A model generated the notes under the pieces. The model did no database searches and was not told where the DNA came from. It saw nothing but the letters and a program-made list of their open reading frames with translations. From assembly GCA_037142615.1 (NCBI GenBank), contig JBAXAI010000003.1:1-64000 (forward strand): DNA of 64,000 nt, given 5' to 3'. This DNA is from Spirochaetales bacterium (lineage in GTDB: Bacteria > Spirochaetota > Spirochaetia > JABEVK01). Each line of letters begins with the position of its first letter. Position 1 is the stretch's first letter. A program made the translations under genes and the position numbers. This document shows, piece by piece, positions 27,864 to 38,133 of the stretch.

Positions 27864-28703
27864 ATGAAGGCCCTCATTTTGAGCCGCCCCGGTGACTTCG
27901 GAGTGCTCGAAGACCACTGGCCCGCGCATCCGCTGCTGCTTCCCGTGCTCAACTTGCCGGTTTACTTGCATCTGGCCGCCTACCTCAAGGCACTCGGTGT
28001 GTTCGAGGTAAGGGTGCTTCGTGGTGGCAACGGGCTCTTGGAGCCTCGCGACCTTGCCCTCGAACCCCAGTGGGTGCGGCAGTCCGGGGGACTGGACTGG
28101 TCGCTGCGAGGCTGGGCGCTGGGTGCACACCCGCAGGGGCTCACGCTGCCCGAGGTGCTCGCCCAGCAGAGACTTTTTCAGGACGGCGAGGACCTTCTGG
28201 TGCTGTCGGCCCCCCTTCTCCCGCTGGAACCCCTGACGGGCCCGAAGATTCCCCCTCTATTCCCAGTGAGCGAATCGCGGCTGCTGGCACCGCGCCTGCT
28301 TTCGGGGGGCGGGCTACTGGCGCAAGCCGAGCTCGGCACCTTTGCCTCGCTGGCCAGCCTCAAGGACTATTACCGCACTCAAATGCGCCTTCTGGCGACG
28401 GTTTCACCGGCCGGGGCCTCGCTCAAGGGCGTTCATCCCCGGGCCGTGCTCGAGGCCCCGTTGCTGCTGGGCGCCGGGGTGAGGGTTGCCGCCCATGCGC
28501 AGGTGGGTCCGGAGTGCATCCTGGCTGCTGGAACCCGCGTGGACAAGGAAGGCCGCCTCAGGCGCACGCTGGTTCTCAGCCGGGTGCGCGTCGGTCGGGG
28601 CGCTGCCTTCGACGGCAAAGTCATCATCGGGACGACGGTGCTCGATCCCGAGAACGGCGGCGGTGTCAGCATCCGTGAGCCCGAGATCCTCAGGGTTCCT
28701 TGA
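27864..28703 (+). CDS. degenerate NDP-sugar nucleotidyltransferase-like protein with left-handed beta-helix tail
   Basis: MKALIL...LLPVLNLP N-terminus lacking the canonical GxGTR motif; hexapeptide-like C-terminus. Confidence 0.55.
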   Translation: MKALILSRPGDFGVLEDHWPAHPLLLPVLNLPVYLHLAAYLKALGVFEVRVLRGGNGLLEPRDLALEPQWVRQSGGLDWSLRGWALGAHPQGLTLPEVLAQQRLFQDGEDLLVLSAPLLPLEPLTGPKIPPLFPVSESRLLAPRLLSGGGLLAQAELGTFASLASLKDYYRTQMRLLATVSPAGASLKGVHPRAVLEAPLLLGAGVRVAAHAQVGPECILAAGTRVDKEGRLRRTLVLSRVRVGRGAAFDGKVIIGTTVLDPENGGGVSIREPEILRVP

Positions 28704-28756
28704 TTCACTCGAGCACATCATCTAGAGTACTTCCGAAGTTTCAATAAGGAGTTTTC

Positions 28757-30043
28757 ATGTCCTCAATAGACATCGCCAAGCTGGACCTGACGTCCATTGC
28801 AGTCATTGTTGTGGTCGGGTTGGTCGGGGGCGTCATCGCCAAGAAGATCAAGGTACCCGACATCGTCCTCTTCCTCGTCTTCGGAATTGCGATCGGACCA
28901 TCGCTCTGGGGACTGTTTGGTCTCCCGGGCGTTCTCAATGTTCCCGCTGAGTCTACGATGAACCAACTCATTCTCACGATCGGGGCCTGTTTTCTGCTGT
29001 TTGATGGCGGGGCGTCGTTGCGCTTTTCCGTACTCAAAGAAATCTGGATCACCCTGCTCGTCATCGCCACCCTCGGCGTGTTGATCACCGGGGCCATCAT
29101 GGCCACGTTTGGCGTCTGGCTAGGCATTCCTGTTATGACCGCCGTACTCCTCGGAGCCGTAACGGCCTCCACCGACCCGGCGACCTTGGTTCCCATCTTC
29201 AAACAGATCCCCATTAAGGATCGCGTTGCGCAGACCGTGATGAGCGAATCGGCCCTGAACGACGCCATGGGCGCCATTGCCACGTTTGCCGTGGTCGGTG
29301 TCGTCCTCGCTGCTCAGAACGGTGGTGAGGGCTTCAATCTGGGAACCAACCTGATTCATTTGGGCTGGGAGGCAGGTGGTGGACTGCTTATTGGCGCTGT
29401 GGTCGGCTACGTTGCCAACTTCCTGCTGGGGCACAAGAAGTGGGGAGTGTTCCAGGGTTATGAATCGTTCGTGGTCTTGCTGTCCATCATCACCGCCTAC
29501 ATACTCTCCGACATCTCCAAGCTACCAGGGAACGACTCCGTTGCGGCCTCCGGCTTTATGGCCGTCTTCACGGTCGGGGTCATGGTTGGCAACAAGAACT
29601 TCTTCAAGCACGAGTTGCCCCACGAACACCAGGAAAACTTCGAGCGAGACCTCGGCAACATCACCTTCCTGATGCGCATGATGATCTTCATACTCTTGGG
29701 CAGCCAGGTCAGCTTCGCTGTTCTTGCTCAGTACTGGTGGCAAGGCCTGATAATGCTGGTGCTGTTCATGTTCGTCGCGCGCCCGGCCGCCGTCTTCTTG
29801 TGTGCCGGCCCCGACCGCAACGCCAAATGGAGCCTGAACGAGCTGATCTTCATGAGTTGGACCCGTGAAACGGGAGTTATTCCTGCCGCTCTGGTGGGAA
29901 TTCTCGTAGGCATGAAAGTTCCCGGAATGGACGTGGTGGGTTCGATCACCTTCATCTTCATCCTTGGGACGATTCTGATCCAGGCACCGACCACAGGGCC
30001 GTTGGCCAAAAAGCTGGGGCTGTTGCTCGAACAGCAGAAGTAA
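28757..30043 (+). CDS. CPA1 cation:proton antiporter (NhaP-like)
   Basis: LLFDGG, ASTDPA, ESALNDA, SGFMAVF, many TM segments. Confidence 0.9.
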   Translation: MSSIDIAKLDLTSIAVIVVVGLVGGVIAKKIKVPDIVLFLVFGIAIGPSLWGLFGLPGVLNVPAESTMNQLILTIGACFLLFDGGASLRFSVLKEIWITLLVIATLGVLITGAIMATFGVWLGIPVMTAVLLGAVTASTDPATLVPIFKQIPIKDRVAQTVMSESALNDAMGAIATFAVVGVVLAAQNGGEGFNLGTNLIHLGWEAGGGLLIGAVVGYVANFLLGHKKWGVFQGYESFVVLLSIITAYILSDISKLPGNDSVAASGFMAVFTVGVMVGNKNFFKHELPHEHQENFERDLGNITFLMRMMIFILLGSQVSFAVLAQYWWQGLIMLVLFMFVARPAAVFLCAGPDRNAKWSLNELIFMSWTRETGVIPAALVGILVGMKVPGMDVVGSITFIFILGTILIQAPTTGPLAKKLGLLLEQQK

Positions 30044-30075
30044 AAAAAAGCCACCCTTCGCCGGGTGGCTTTTTT
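30044..30075. terminator. bidirectional intrinsic terminator
   Basis: aaaaaagccaccc-ttcgcc-gggtggctttttt between convergent genes. Confidence 0.85.
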
Positions 30076-30088
30076 GTTGCTCAGAGGC

Positions 30089-30565
30089 TCAGTCCCACAT
30101 CCCCAGAACGGTTTTGATGTCGGCCGGTTCGAGGCGGAAATGACTGCCACGACCCTGCAGAAAATGGTGCTTTTCGAACATATGCAGACTCAATTCGTTG
30201 TACAGAAGGATCTTGCCTTCAGGCTTGCCTTCCTTGTTCAGGCGGCGGACCTCGCAGTTCACCTTGTGGAAGATGCCCTCACCCACCCAAGGTGAGGGAA
30301 GCGTGCCACGGGTTTCATCGACGCGGATGAGCCACAGCTTGTCGACGGTGGTGGGTTCGCCCAGGCCGTCGGAACCCTTCTTGAGCAGTTCGTGCATCTT
30401 GGCGGCGACTTCGTCCCAGTTCAGCTTGAGCCGGGCCATTTCTTCCTCGTCGTGCTGGATGATGGTGGCAATGTCGCGGTCATCAAAGCCGAGAAACCCT
30501 TCCACCGTGATGACGCCGGCCTTCATCTGGGCCTGCGCCTTTTTCAAGTCTTCGTTCATTTTCAT
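30089..30565 (-). CDS. hypothetical protein at the end of the nqr operon
   Basis: 158-aa ORF starting 12 bp after nqrF; no family recognised. Confidence 0.75.
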   Translation of the reverse strand: MKMNEDLKKAQAQMKAGVITVEGFLGFDDRDIATIIQHDEEEMARLKLNWDEVAAKMHELLKKGSDGLGEPTTVDKLWLIRVDETRGTLPSPWVGEGIFHKVNCEVRRLNKEGKPEGKILLYNELSLHMFEKHHFLQGRGSHFRLEPADIKTVLGMWD

Positions 30566-30576
30566 AGCCGGCCCCC

Positions 30577-31701
30577 TTATGCGAACTTGTCGAAGAAGAT
30601 CTTATCTTCGGCCATCTTGTTCTTCTTCATGACGACCATACAGGCGTCGAGCATACCGGGCGAACCGCAGAGGTAGCCTTCCTTGGTCTGCTCGTTGGGA
30701 ATCTTGTTTTGCAGGTAGTCGTCGAGCACGTTGGTGATCAGGCCGACGGGGCCGTCCCACTTTTCACCCGGACCGGGCTCCGAGAGCGCAGGCACAAAGT
30801 GGAACTTCTCGTACTTCTTGTCGAGGCCCCACAGCCAGTCGAGGTAGTACATGTCCTTGGTCGTGCGGGCACCAAAGAAGTACCAGATGTCGCGCTGGCC
30901 CATGGTTCCCTTGGCGATGAAGTCGTTGAAGATGCTTTTGAACGGCGCCATGCCCGAACCACCGGCCACGCAGATCATCGCCGCGTCGGTGTCTTTGACG
31001 TTAAAGTCACCCACGGGGGCGATGACGTTGATCTTCTGGCCTTCCTTCAGATGCTTGTGCACGTAGGTCGTGACCGCGCCGCCGGGAACCAGGCGAATCA
31101 GGAACTCCATGTGTTCCTTCATTTGCGGGTTCGAACTGAACGAGTAGGCACGGGCCGTCGGTTCCTTGATGTCACCGTACTTGGGCACCTCAAACTGTCC
31201 GTACTGGCCCGAAGTGTAATTCAGTTCTGTCCCGGCCGGCATGCGCACCAGAACTTCCTTGATGTCGTAGGTCAGTTCGGTGATTTTCTCGACCACGCAT
31301 TCCATCTTGCGGATGTTGAACAGCTCTTCAGGAATGTGCACCTTGATGTCGGCCTTGACCTTCACCTGACAGGCGAGGCGCACGTTATCCTTAAGTTCCT
31401 TATCGGTCATGTAGGGCGTTTCCGTGGGCAGATGAGGGCCAACGTCACTATCAACCTGGCACTTGCACGCGCCGCAACTGCCGCGACCGCCGCAGGCCGA
31501 AGGCAAGAAGATGCCTTGGTCGGCGAGGGTGCCGAGCAGTTTGGTGCCGCCCTTGACCGTCATTTGTTTTTTGCCGTTCACATCGACGACGACTTCGCCG
31601 TAGTTGTTGACGATGCCGTCGATGATTGAAATCATCACGGCCATCAGCACGCTCACACCACCCACCATCAGGGTCTGCAGAATCAGTGTTTCAATGGTCA
31701 T
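30577..31701 (-). CDS. nqrF: Na+-NQR subunit F-like (TM, 2Fe-2S, FAD and NAD domains)
   Basis: SACGGRGSCGACKC...RLACQ, RAYS, GGSGMAP, FFGAR, YLCGSP. Confidence 0.85.
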   Translation of the reverse strand: MTIETLILQTLMVGGVSVLMAVMISIIDGIVNNYGEVVVDVNGKKQMTVKGGTKLLGTLADQGIFLPSACGGRGSCGACKCQVDSDVGPHLPTETPYMTDKELKDNVRLACQVKVKADIKVHIPEELFNIRKMECVVEKITELTYDIKEVLVRMPAGTELNYTSGQYGQFEVPKYGDIKEPTARAYSFSSNPQMKEHMEFLIRLVPGGAVTTYVHKHLKEGQKINVIAPVGDFNVKDTDAAMICVAGGSGMAPFKSIFNDFIAKGTMGQRDIWYFFGARTTKDMYYLDWLWGLDKKYEKFHFVPALSEPGPGEKWDGPVGLITNVLDDYLQNKIPNEQTKEGYLCGSPGMLDACMVVMKKNKMAEDKIFFDKFA

Positions 31702-31713
31702 TCTGGCGTCTCC

Positions 31714-32304
31714 TTACTGCACCCGCAGGATTCCGGAGAATCCCACGAACGCCATGGCCATAAAGCCCATGGTAATCAAGGTGATACCGGGGCCCTGAAG
31801 GCCGGCCGGAACCGGGTTCTTGTCGATCTTTTTGCGCATGGCGGCAGCGGCCACGATGGCGAGCCACCAACCGATGCCCGAGCCAGCGCCAAACACGATG
31901 GCCTGACCAAAGTCGTAGTTGCGGATCTCCATGAACAGCACCACGCCGAGGATGGCACAGTTGGCCACGATGAGAGGCAGGTAGATGCCCAAACTCATGT
32001 ACAACGCCGGACTGACGCGTTCTATGATCATTTCGAGCGCCTGAACGACCGCCGCGACAATGATGATGTACACGAATAGGTCCAGGTAGATCATGTTGAA
32101 CGGGATCAACACGTAGTGCAGGATGGGCCAACTGATGGCCGAGCTGAGCACCAGCACCACGATGACCGCGATGCCCAGGCCGTTGGCCGAGCCGATGTCT
32201 TTCGAGATGGCGATGAACGAACAGGTGCCCAAGAAGTTTGCCAGCAGGATGTTCGACGTGAAGATCGACGCGAACAGCAGGGTAATGGGGTCAACGTAAC
32301 TCAT
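31714..32304 (-). CDS. nqrE: NqrE/RnfA family subunit
   Basis: NFLGTC, LGIYLPLIVANCAILG; ATG 32304 overlaps the upstream stop. Confidence 0.85.
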   Translation of the reverse strand: MSYVDPITLLFASIFTSNILLANFLGTCSFIAISKDIGSANGLGIAVIVVLVLSSAISWPILHYVLIPFNMIYLDLFVYIIIVAAVVQALEMIIERVSPALYMSLGIYLPLIVANCAILGVVLFMEIRNYDFGQAIVFGAGSGIGWWLAIVAAAAMRKKIDKNPVPAGLQGPGITLITMGFMAMAFVGFSGILRVQ

Positions 32305-32951
32305 TTTGTCCCTCCGGCGGTGGCAGGTTTGGCCGCGGCTTCGATTTTCAGAGCCCGGGTCTTGAACACCCACAAGATGATCGCGACGAGGAAGAAGGCG
32401 CTCGGGGCCATGATGGCGATGGTCCAGTTGTTACCCGACGACACGTATTCCGGCGGGAAGATCGGGATATCGGCGATGGTTCCGAAGGCCAGCGGTTCAC
32501 GGATGAGCGACATCAGGCCGAGCACAAGCATGTAGCCCAAGCCGCTGGTAAAGCCGTCCCACCAACTGATGAGCGGGGGATTGGCCGGCGCGAAGGTCTC
32601 AGTGCGGCCCATGACGATGCAGTTGGTGATGATCAGCCCGACGTACGGCCCCAGCGATCGTGCCACTTCCGGCACGAAGGCGTTCAAAATCAACTGCAGC
32701 AACACGACGTAGAACGTGATGGCCAACACCTGGAAGATCATGCGCACGCGACGCGCGATCAGGGTGCGGATCCAGCTCAGCGTGTAGCTGGCAAACCCGG
32801 TCACCAGCGATACGCCGATGGTCATGATCAGGGTGTTGGTCACCTTGTTGGTGACCGCGAGGGTCGAGCAGATGCCCAGAACCTGAACCAACACTGGGTT
32901 GTTGATGTTCAGGTTTTCGCGGGTGACCTGCTTGAAAGTGGGGGTGCTCAC
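32301..32951 (-). CDS. nqrD: NqrD/RnfE family subunit
   Basis: NNPVLVQVLGICSTLAVT, GLIITNCIVMGR, MAPSAFF. Confidence 0.88.
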   Translation of the reverse strand: MSTPTFKQVTRENLNINNPVLVQVLGICSTLAVTNKVTNTLIMTIGVSLVTGFASYTLSWIRTLIARRVRMIFQVLAITFYVVLLQLILNAFVPEVARSLGPYVGLIITNCIVMGRTETFAPANPPLISWWDGFTSGLGYMLVLGLMSLIREPLAFGTIADIPIFPPEYVSSGNNWTIAIMAPSAFFLVAIILWVFKTRALKIEAAAKPATAGGTK

Positions 32952-33730
32952 TTGCTGCCTCCCTTTTGCTGGATGAAGGCCTTGAGCAGGACCAGGGCCC
33001 TTTGGTTGACGGTGTCTTTGACTGCCGTCGACGAGATGGTCGCGCCGGCGATGGCGTCAAACCCGTTTTCGGCCTTTTGGCCGCTCTGGTTGAAGATCAG
33101 GCCGGTTCCTGCGACGGGCTTGAGCCCCGCAAACTGGCCGGTGAACCAAGGTTCCGCGATGCGTCCGCCCAAGCCAGGGGTTTCGACGTTGAACAGGACC
33201 TGCATGCCGGTCAACTGCGTCTGGTCGGGACTGATGCCGATAGCCAAGGCCACGTTGCCCCACAGGCCGGGACCGGTGAAATCGCCGCCATAGTGCTGCG
33301 CACCTTGAGCATCGGTGTAGATGTAGAAGAAGGCGGGGTAGTTACCGGTGTAACTGTTGTCTTGCAGCGCCTTGCTCACGTCGGCGTCGGTCACCTTGAG
33401 GACGGTCGGCAATTTGGAAGGGTCGGTAGCGATGCTCGCGTAGTCCAAGCCCGCGTATTCGACAATATCCTTGTTGTTGGTGTCTTTGACGTACTTGCCC
33501 ACAGTGAACTTTTCAAGCTTGGCGTAGTCCTGTCGGGCCTGATCGATGTTCTTGGCATCAGCGGGCAGAGCCATCGAGGTCAGCGTCTTGAGAATGTGCT
33601 GGTCGAGCCAGTACGCGTCGGCGATGGGCTTGGTCCCCACGTAGGCCAATGTCAGCGGAAAGACCAAGACAATCGTACAGATGAAGGTGAACGCGATCGT
33701 GAAGACGTGTCCGTCTTTGTTGATTTTCAT
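32948..33730 (-). CDS. nqrC: NqrC/RnfG FMN-binding subunit
   Basis: N-terminal TM helix, GLWG, ETPGLGGRI, flavinylation motif DAIAGATISS. Confidence 0.85.
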   Translation of the reverse strand: MKINKDGHVFTIAFTFICTIVLVFPLTLAYVGTKPIADAYWLDQHILKTLTSMALPADAKNIDQARQDYAKLEKFTVGKYVKDTNNKDIVEYAGLDYASIATDPSKLPTVLKVTDADVSKALQDNSYTGNYPAFFYIYTDAQGAQHYGGDFTGPGLWGNVALAIGISPDQTQLTGMQVLFNVETPGLGGRIAEPWFTGQFAGLKPVAGTGLIFNQSGQKAENGFDAIAGATISSTAVKDTVNQRALVLLKAFIQQKGGSK

Positions 33731-35016
33731 TCTTCACCTCCGGCGGAGGCGACTGTGCCCCCTGCTTTGGCGGGCACGGCAGGCTTCTTGGCACCGGCCT
33801 TCTTCTTGTTGGAGGGCATCACTTCGTCAATCAGCGAAGCGAAGGTGTTGGCCGTCAGAATGGCAAAACTCACGCCTTCGGGGAAGCCGGCGAACACGCG
33901 GATGGTGATCGTCAAGCCGCCGATGATGATGCCGTAAAGCCACTGACTCCAGAACTTCTTCGGAGCCGACACGGGGTCGGTGGACATGAACACGGCCGCA
34001 AACAGCAGGGATCCCGCCATCATGAACGACAGGATGTCCATCCATTGGTCCATCGACGTTCCGTGCAGACGGTGGTCGGCAAAGATCGGGAACCGGTGGT
34101 CCATGATGCCGCTGTAATAGAACGCCACGGTAAAGCCCAAAGCGCTGACAATCGTCACCAACATGGGGCGCCAGTTGGCGGTCTTGGTCCACAGCAGGTA
34201 GATGCCTGCGAGGATAATCAGGAAGATGGCGCCTTCGCCCATCGACCCGACGCGGATGCCGAACAACAGGGCCAGCGGGTTATTTTGTTCCAGGGCGACA
34301 TTCCAGCCGAAAATCGACACGGTTTGTTGCCAGTGGTTTTGCTGGGCAATACCTCGCATCACTTCGATGGGGGTAGCCATGGCCACGGCGTCGAGTTCGG
34401 TCAGGCCGTTGGCCTTGTGGTTCAAAAACGGGAACGCGTAGGCAATCGTGACGTAGAACGCCACCGTGATCGCGACCGTCAGAGCGACCGAGATGAGCAG
34501 CGCGTTCGACTTGCGCTGTTTGCTCGTGATGTACCAGAACAGGACAGCGACGAGCACGAGCATGACGACAGCCTCGAGCCAGGTGCTGCCCTGAATCAGC
34601 CGGTTCATCCCACTTCCCAGGCCAAAGTTGCCAGGAAGCATCCAAGTCGTCTGAAGCATCAGCGGGAACGAGATGTAGGCGAACGTGCGACCTGTGATGG
34701 CAGGGTTGTACACGTTGCGGCCAAAGCCACCGTAGACTTCCTTACCAAAGATCACAGCGAACAGAATGCCGACGCCGGCGGCCCAAAAGGGCACTCCAGG
34801 CGGCATCGAAAGGGCGTACAAAGCACAGGAAACCAGCACGGCCTCGCTGACTTTCTTGTTCTTTCCCTTTTCGAACACGTACTCGGCCAAAATGCCAAGT
34901 AAATAAATGAAACCGGTCATGGCGACAACGCGCCAGCCGTAGAGGTAGACCGACCAGATGAAGATCGGTACCAGGGAGTAAAGGACCCGTCTCATGGGAT
35001 CCTGTTTGGTGAACAC
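33727..35016 (-). CDS. nqrB: NqrB/RnfD family subunit
   Basis: GKEVYGGFGRNVYNPA, DAVAMATP (FMN site), GSMGE, FMSTDPVSAP, PEGVSFAIL. Confidence 0.85.
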   Translation of the reverse strand: MFTKQDPMRRVLYSLVPIFIWSVYLYGWRVVAMTGFIYLLGILAEYVFEKGKNKKVSEAVLVSCALYALSMPPGVPFWAAGVGILFAVIFGKEVYGGFGRNVYNPAITGRTFAYISFPLMLQTTWMLPGNFGLGSGMNRLIQGSTWLEAVVMLVLVAVLFWYITSKQRKSNALLISVALTVAITVAFYVTIAYAFPFLNHKANGLTELDAVAMATPIEVMRGIAQQNHWQQTVSIFGWNVALEQNNPLALLFGIRVGSMGEGAIFLIILAGIYLLWTKTANWRPMLVTIVSALGFTVAFYYSGIMDHRFPIFADHRLHGTSMDQWMDILSFMMAGSLLFAAVFMSTDPVSAPKKFWSQWLYGIIIGGLTITIRVFAGFPEGVSFAILTANTFASLIDEVMPSNKKKAGAKKPAVPAKAGGTVASAGGEE

Positions 35017-35176
35017 TCTTCCCTCCTTGTGCCTCGAACAACGCTGCCGCCGATTTTAGCCCAGCGACTACTTTGTGTGCAACCGGAATATGATAAAAAA
35101 AGTCACGAATAACTGCCCGCCGGGACCGGTGCGATCCAAGTTGGGCAAAAAAAAGTCTAAGGGAGAGGTTTACCGT

Positions 35177-35205
35177 TTGCAAGCGAATCCCGTGGACCCT
35201 AGAAT
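35177..35205 (+). promoter_or_regulatory. sigma70-type promoter
   Basis: TTGCAA-N17-TAGAAT upstream of ATG 35224. Confidence 0.55.
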
Positions 35206-35223
35206 GAGATTAAGAGGTCCTGC

Positions 35224-37272
35224 ATGGCTGGCGAACGCATACTGATCGTGGAAGACGAAGCCGTGATTGTTTTTGACCTCCAGCGACGGCTCAAGAGCTT
35301 TGGTTACACCGTGTTGGGACCGTGCTCCAGTGGAGCCGAAGCCCTCGCCGTTTGCGAAGCAGACAAGCCCGAACTGGTACTGATGGACATCAGCATCGAG
35401 GGCCCCATGGACGGCATCGAGACAGGCCGCCGCATACTGGAACAGTTCCGTATCCCGTCGATCTTCCTGACGGCCTATTCCGACGACAAGACCTTTGAAA
35501 GGGCCAAGACGGCCGATCCGCTGGCCTACCTGATAAAACCGTACAAAGAACGCGAGCTGTTCACCACGATCAACATCGCCCTGTTCAAAACCCGCGCCGA
35601 CGCCAAGATCCGCGACCAGGAACGGTGGCTGTCGGCCATTTTGAACAGCGTGAGCGATGCGCTGATCGCGTTCACGCCACAACTCGAGATCCACTATGCG
35701 AACCCCTCGGCAGCAGCCCTGCTCGGAATTTCTCCCGAGGAGCTCGTGGGCCGACCGCAAGCCGAGGTCTTTTCGCTGCTCGATGAAGAGACCCTGATTC
35801 CGCTGCAACTGCTGGAACAGACGCAGGACCGCGAGGAGAGTTTGTTTTTCCGCCGCTGTCTGCTCCAAGCGTCCGACGGGTCGTCGTACCACGTGGAAGG
35901 CAGCCTCTCGAAGGTGCACTTTGCCAAAATGCCGGTGGGACTCGTGCTCACACTCCGTGACGTGTCGCCACTGCGCAAATTGAGCGAAAAGCTGGAGTTT
36001 CAGTCCAAACACGACGCCCTCACCGGCCTGACGGGACGCAAGGAGTTCACCGCGCTCTTGGCCGACGTGTACCTGAACAAGGTCAAGGCCGGAACAAGCT
36101 GCTACATGCTTTACCTCGATCTCGACCAGTTCAAGTTGGTCAACGATACCAGCGGGCATCTGGCGGGCGACGAGTTGCTGCGGCAGGTGGCCGAGCTGCT
36201 CAAGGCGCAGCGCGACCAGCAATTGACCGCCCTTTCGAGACTGGGCGGCGACGAGTTCGCGCTCGTGTTCGAGGACTGCAACCAGGAACAAGCCCTCGAA
36301 AAGGCCTGGGTGATCAAACACGCCATGGGCAGCCACGAGTTCGTCTGGAAGCAGACGCGCTTCAAAATCAAGGCCAGCATGGGCCTGATCCCGCTGTCGG
36401 GGCCCTACGACGACGTGAAAAGCCTTTTGGCGGCGGCCGACGACGCGTGCTACCTGGCCAAGGAAGAAGGCGGAAACCGGATCCGCCTCTATTCGAGCGA
36501 GGAAGACGTGTTCCAGAAGCGCCGGGGCGAGATGGCGTGGATTTCGCGCCTTCAGCACAGCCTCGAAAACGATCGGTTTGTGTTGTACCACCAGCCCATC
36601 CGGCCGCTTTCGCCTACTTCGGGGTTGCGCCCCAAGACCGAGGTGCTGTTGCGTCTTCGCGGCGAAGACGGGCGCATCATTCCGCCGTCGGAGTTCATTC
36701 CTGCCGCGGAACGGTACAACCTGATGCCGCAGATCGACCGCTGGGTGGTGAGCCATGCGATGGCGCAGTGGGAACGGTTCCAAGCAACCCAGACCGATAA
36801 GCCCTTGATGTGCCTCAATTTGAGTGGTGAATCGATCGCCGACCCCAACTTGGTGAGCTTCATCAAGAACGAGCTGAAGAAGAACCACCTCGACCCGGCC
36901 GATTTTTGTTTTGAGATTACCGAGACGGCCGCCATCGCCACGCTTTCGCAGGCCGTGGAACTGATCACCGACCTCAAGGCCATCGGTTGCCGGTTTGCCC
37001 TCGACGACTTTGGCAGCGGCTTCTCGTCGTTTGGCTACCTGCGCAGCCTTCCTGTGGACGATCTGAAGATCGACGGGGCCTTCGTGAAGACGGTCGACAC
37101 CGACGAGGTGAACTACGCCTTTGTCGAAGGCATTCAGAAAATCAGCCGCGTGATGGGCCTGCACACCATCGGCGAGTTTGCCGCCTCGCAGGCCATTCTC
37201 GACACTCTGATCGCGATCGGCGTTGACTACGGCCAAGGTTACGCCCTGGCCAAACCCGAACCTATGCTTTGA
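35224..37272 (+). CDS. REC-PAS-GGDEF-EAL c-di-GMP signalling protein
   Basis: ILIVEDE/LMDI receiver, PAS (NPSAAALLG), RLGGDEF, EVLLR, EITET, DDFGSG. Confidence 0.93.
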   Translation: MAGERILIVEDEAVIVFDLQRRLKSFGYTVLGPCSSGAEALAVCEADKPELVLMDISIEGPMDGIETGRRILEQFRIPSIFLTAYSDDKTFERAKTADPLAYLIKPYKERELFTTINIALFKTRADAKIRDQERWLSAILNSVSDALIAFTPQLEIHYANPSAAALLGISPEELVGRPQAEVFSLLDEETLIPLQLLEQTQDREESLFFRRCLLQASDGSSYHVEGSLSKVHFAKMPVGLVLTLRDVSPLRKLSEKLEFQSKHDALTGLTGRKEFTALLADVYLNKVKAGTSCYMLYLDLDQFKLVNDTSGHLAGDELLRQVAELLKAQRDQQLTALSRLGGDEFALVFEDCNQEQALEKAWVIKHAMGSHEFVWKQTRFKIKASMGLIPLSGPYDDVKSLLAAADDACYLAKEEGGNRIRLYSSEEDVFQKRRGEMAWISRLQHSLENDRFVLYHQPIRPLSPTSGLRPKTEVLLRLRGEDGRIIPPSEFIPAAERYNLMPQIDRWVVSHAMAQWERFQATQTDKPLMCLNLSGESIADPNLVSFIKNELKKNHLDPADFCFEITETAAIATLSQAVELITDLKAIGCRFALDDFGSGFSSFGYLRSLPVDDLKIDGAFVKTVDTDEVNYAFVEGIQKISRVMGLHTIGEFAASQAILDTLIAIGVDYGQGYALAKPEPML

Positions 37273-37987
37273 GTGGCTGACGCCCGATGGCGTCTTCCCA
37301 GCGAACCAGGAACGCCTGGCGGGGAAGAACTTTGGCGCCGAGGTCGAGTTTGTACTTCATGTAGGGGTGCCCCAAGTTCCAGAACGCATAGCCGGCGTCG
37401 CGCAGGTGCTGGGCCCAGAGCACGAGCTGGAACTTGCCGGCGTTGTTCCACCGGCGGTCGGCCCGGTCAAAAAAGCCGGTCAAGCTGGTGTAGGTGGCTC
37501 CGGCAACGTAGCCTACCTCGCCGGCGACGAGTTGGCCCTCGGCGCTGCGCAGTTCCACGCTCAGCACTTGGAACTCCGGCTGGGGGTCGGCGGCAAGCTG
37601 CAGCAAGACGCGCCGGTATTCGGGGCAAAGCCACGACCGTTGGTGGTAGGCCGCGATGGCGTCGAGCAAGGGCTCCAGACGGGTCGAGGTGGTCAGGCGG
37701 GGGCATTCGTCCACGGGTCCGGAGAGGAACTTTTTGGAGCCGCGATCCACGACAAGGTTGGCCCAGTCGAGCACGGCGTAGTCCGTTTGAAGTTCCGGTA
37801 GCAGCAGGAAGGGGGGGTCGGAGTACTCCACTGCCGTGCTGATGAAGCCAGCGAGAGCCAGCTTGCGGTACCAGGCTGGACTCCAGTCGTGGCTCCAATA
37901 GTGGGTCTGCCCGGAATCGGCGACCAGGGACCGCCAGGCCGACCCGACCAGATCCGCCGGAGTCACCCGGTAGATCTGGCGGCTCAT
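37262..37987 (-). CDS. leucyl/phenylalanyl-tRNA-protein transferase-like protein
   Basis: SVEL...LVAGEVGY..GATYTSLTGF, GKFQL, WNLGHPYMKYKLDLGA; start at ATG 37987 inferred. Confidence 0.6.
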   Translation of the reverse strand: MSRQIYRVTPADLVGSAWRSLVADSGQTHYWSHDWSPAWYRKLALAGFISTAVEYSDPPFLLLPELQTDYAVLDWANLVVDRGSKKFLSGPVDECPRLTTSTRLEPLLDAIAAYHQRSWLCPEYRRVLLQLAADPQPEFQVLSVELRSAEGQLVAGEVGYVAGATYTSLTGFFDRADRRWNNAGKFQLVLWAQHLRDAGYAFWNLGHPYMKYKLDLGAKVLPRQAFLVRWEDAIGRQPLKA

Positions 37988-38133
37988 CGGAACGAATCCA
38001 GCACGTTGGCGCCCAGTCGGAAGGCCAGCGAAATGAGCAAGGTAAGACCCAGAAGTCGATTCATGGCCCCCAGTGTCCCGGGTTGTTCCCTGTTTAGTCA
38101 AGACTTGCTAGGATACGGGGCGAAGGAGGAGTC

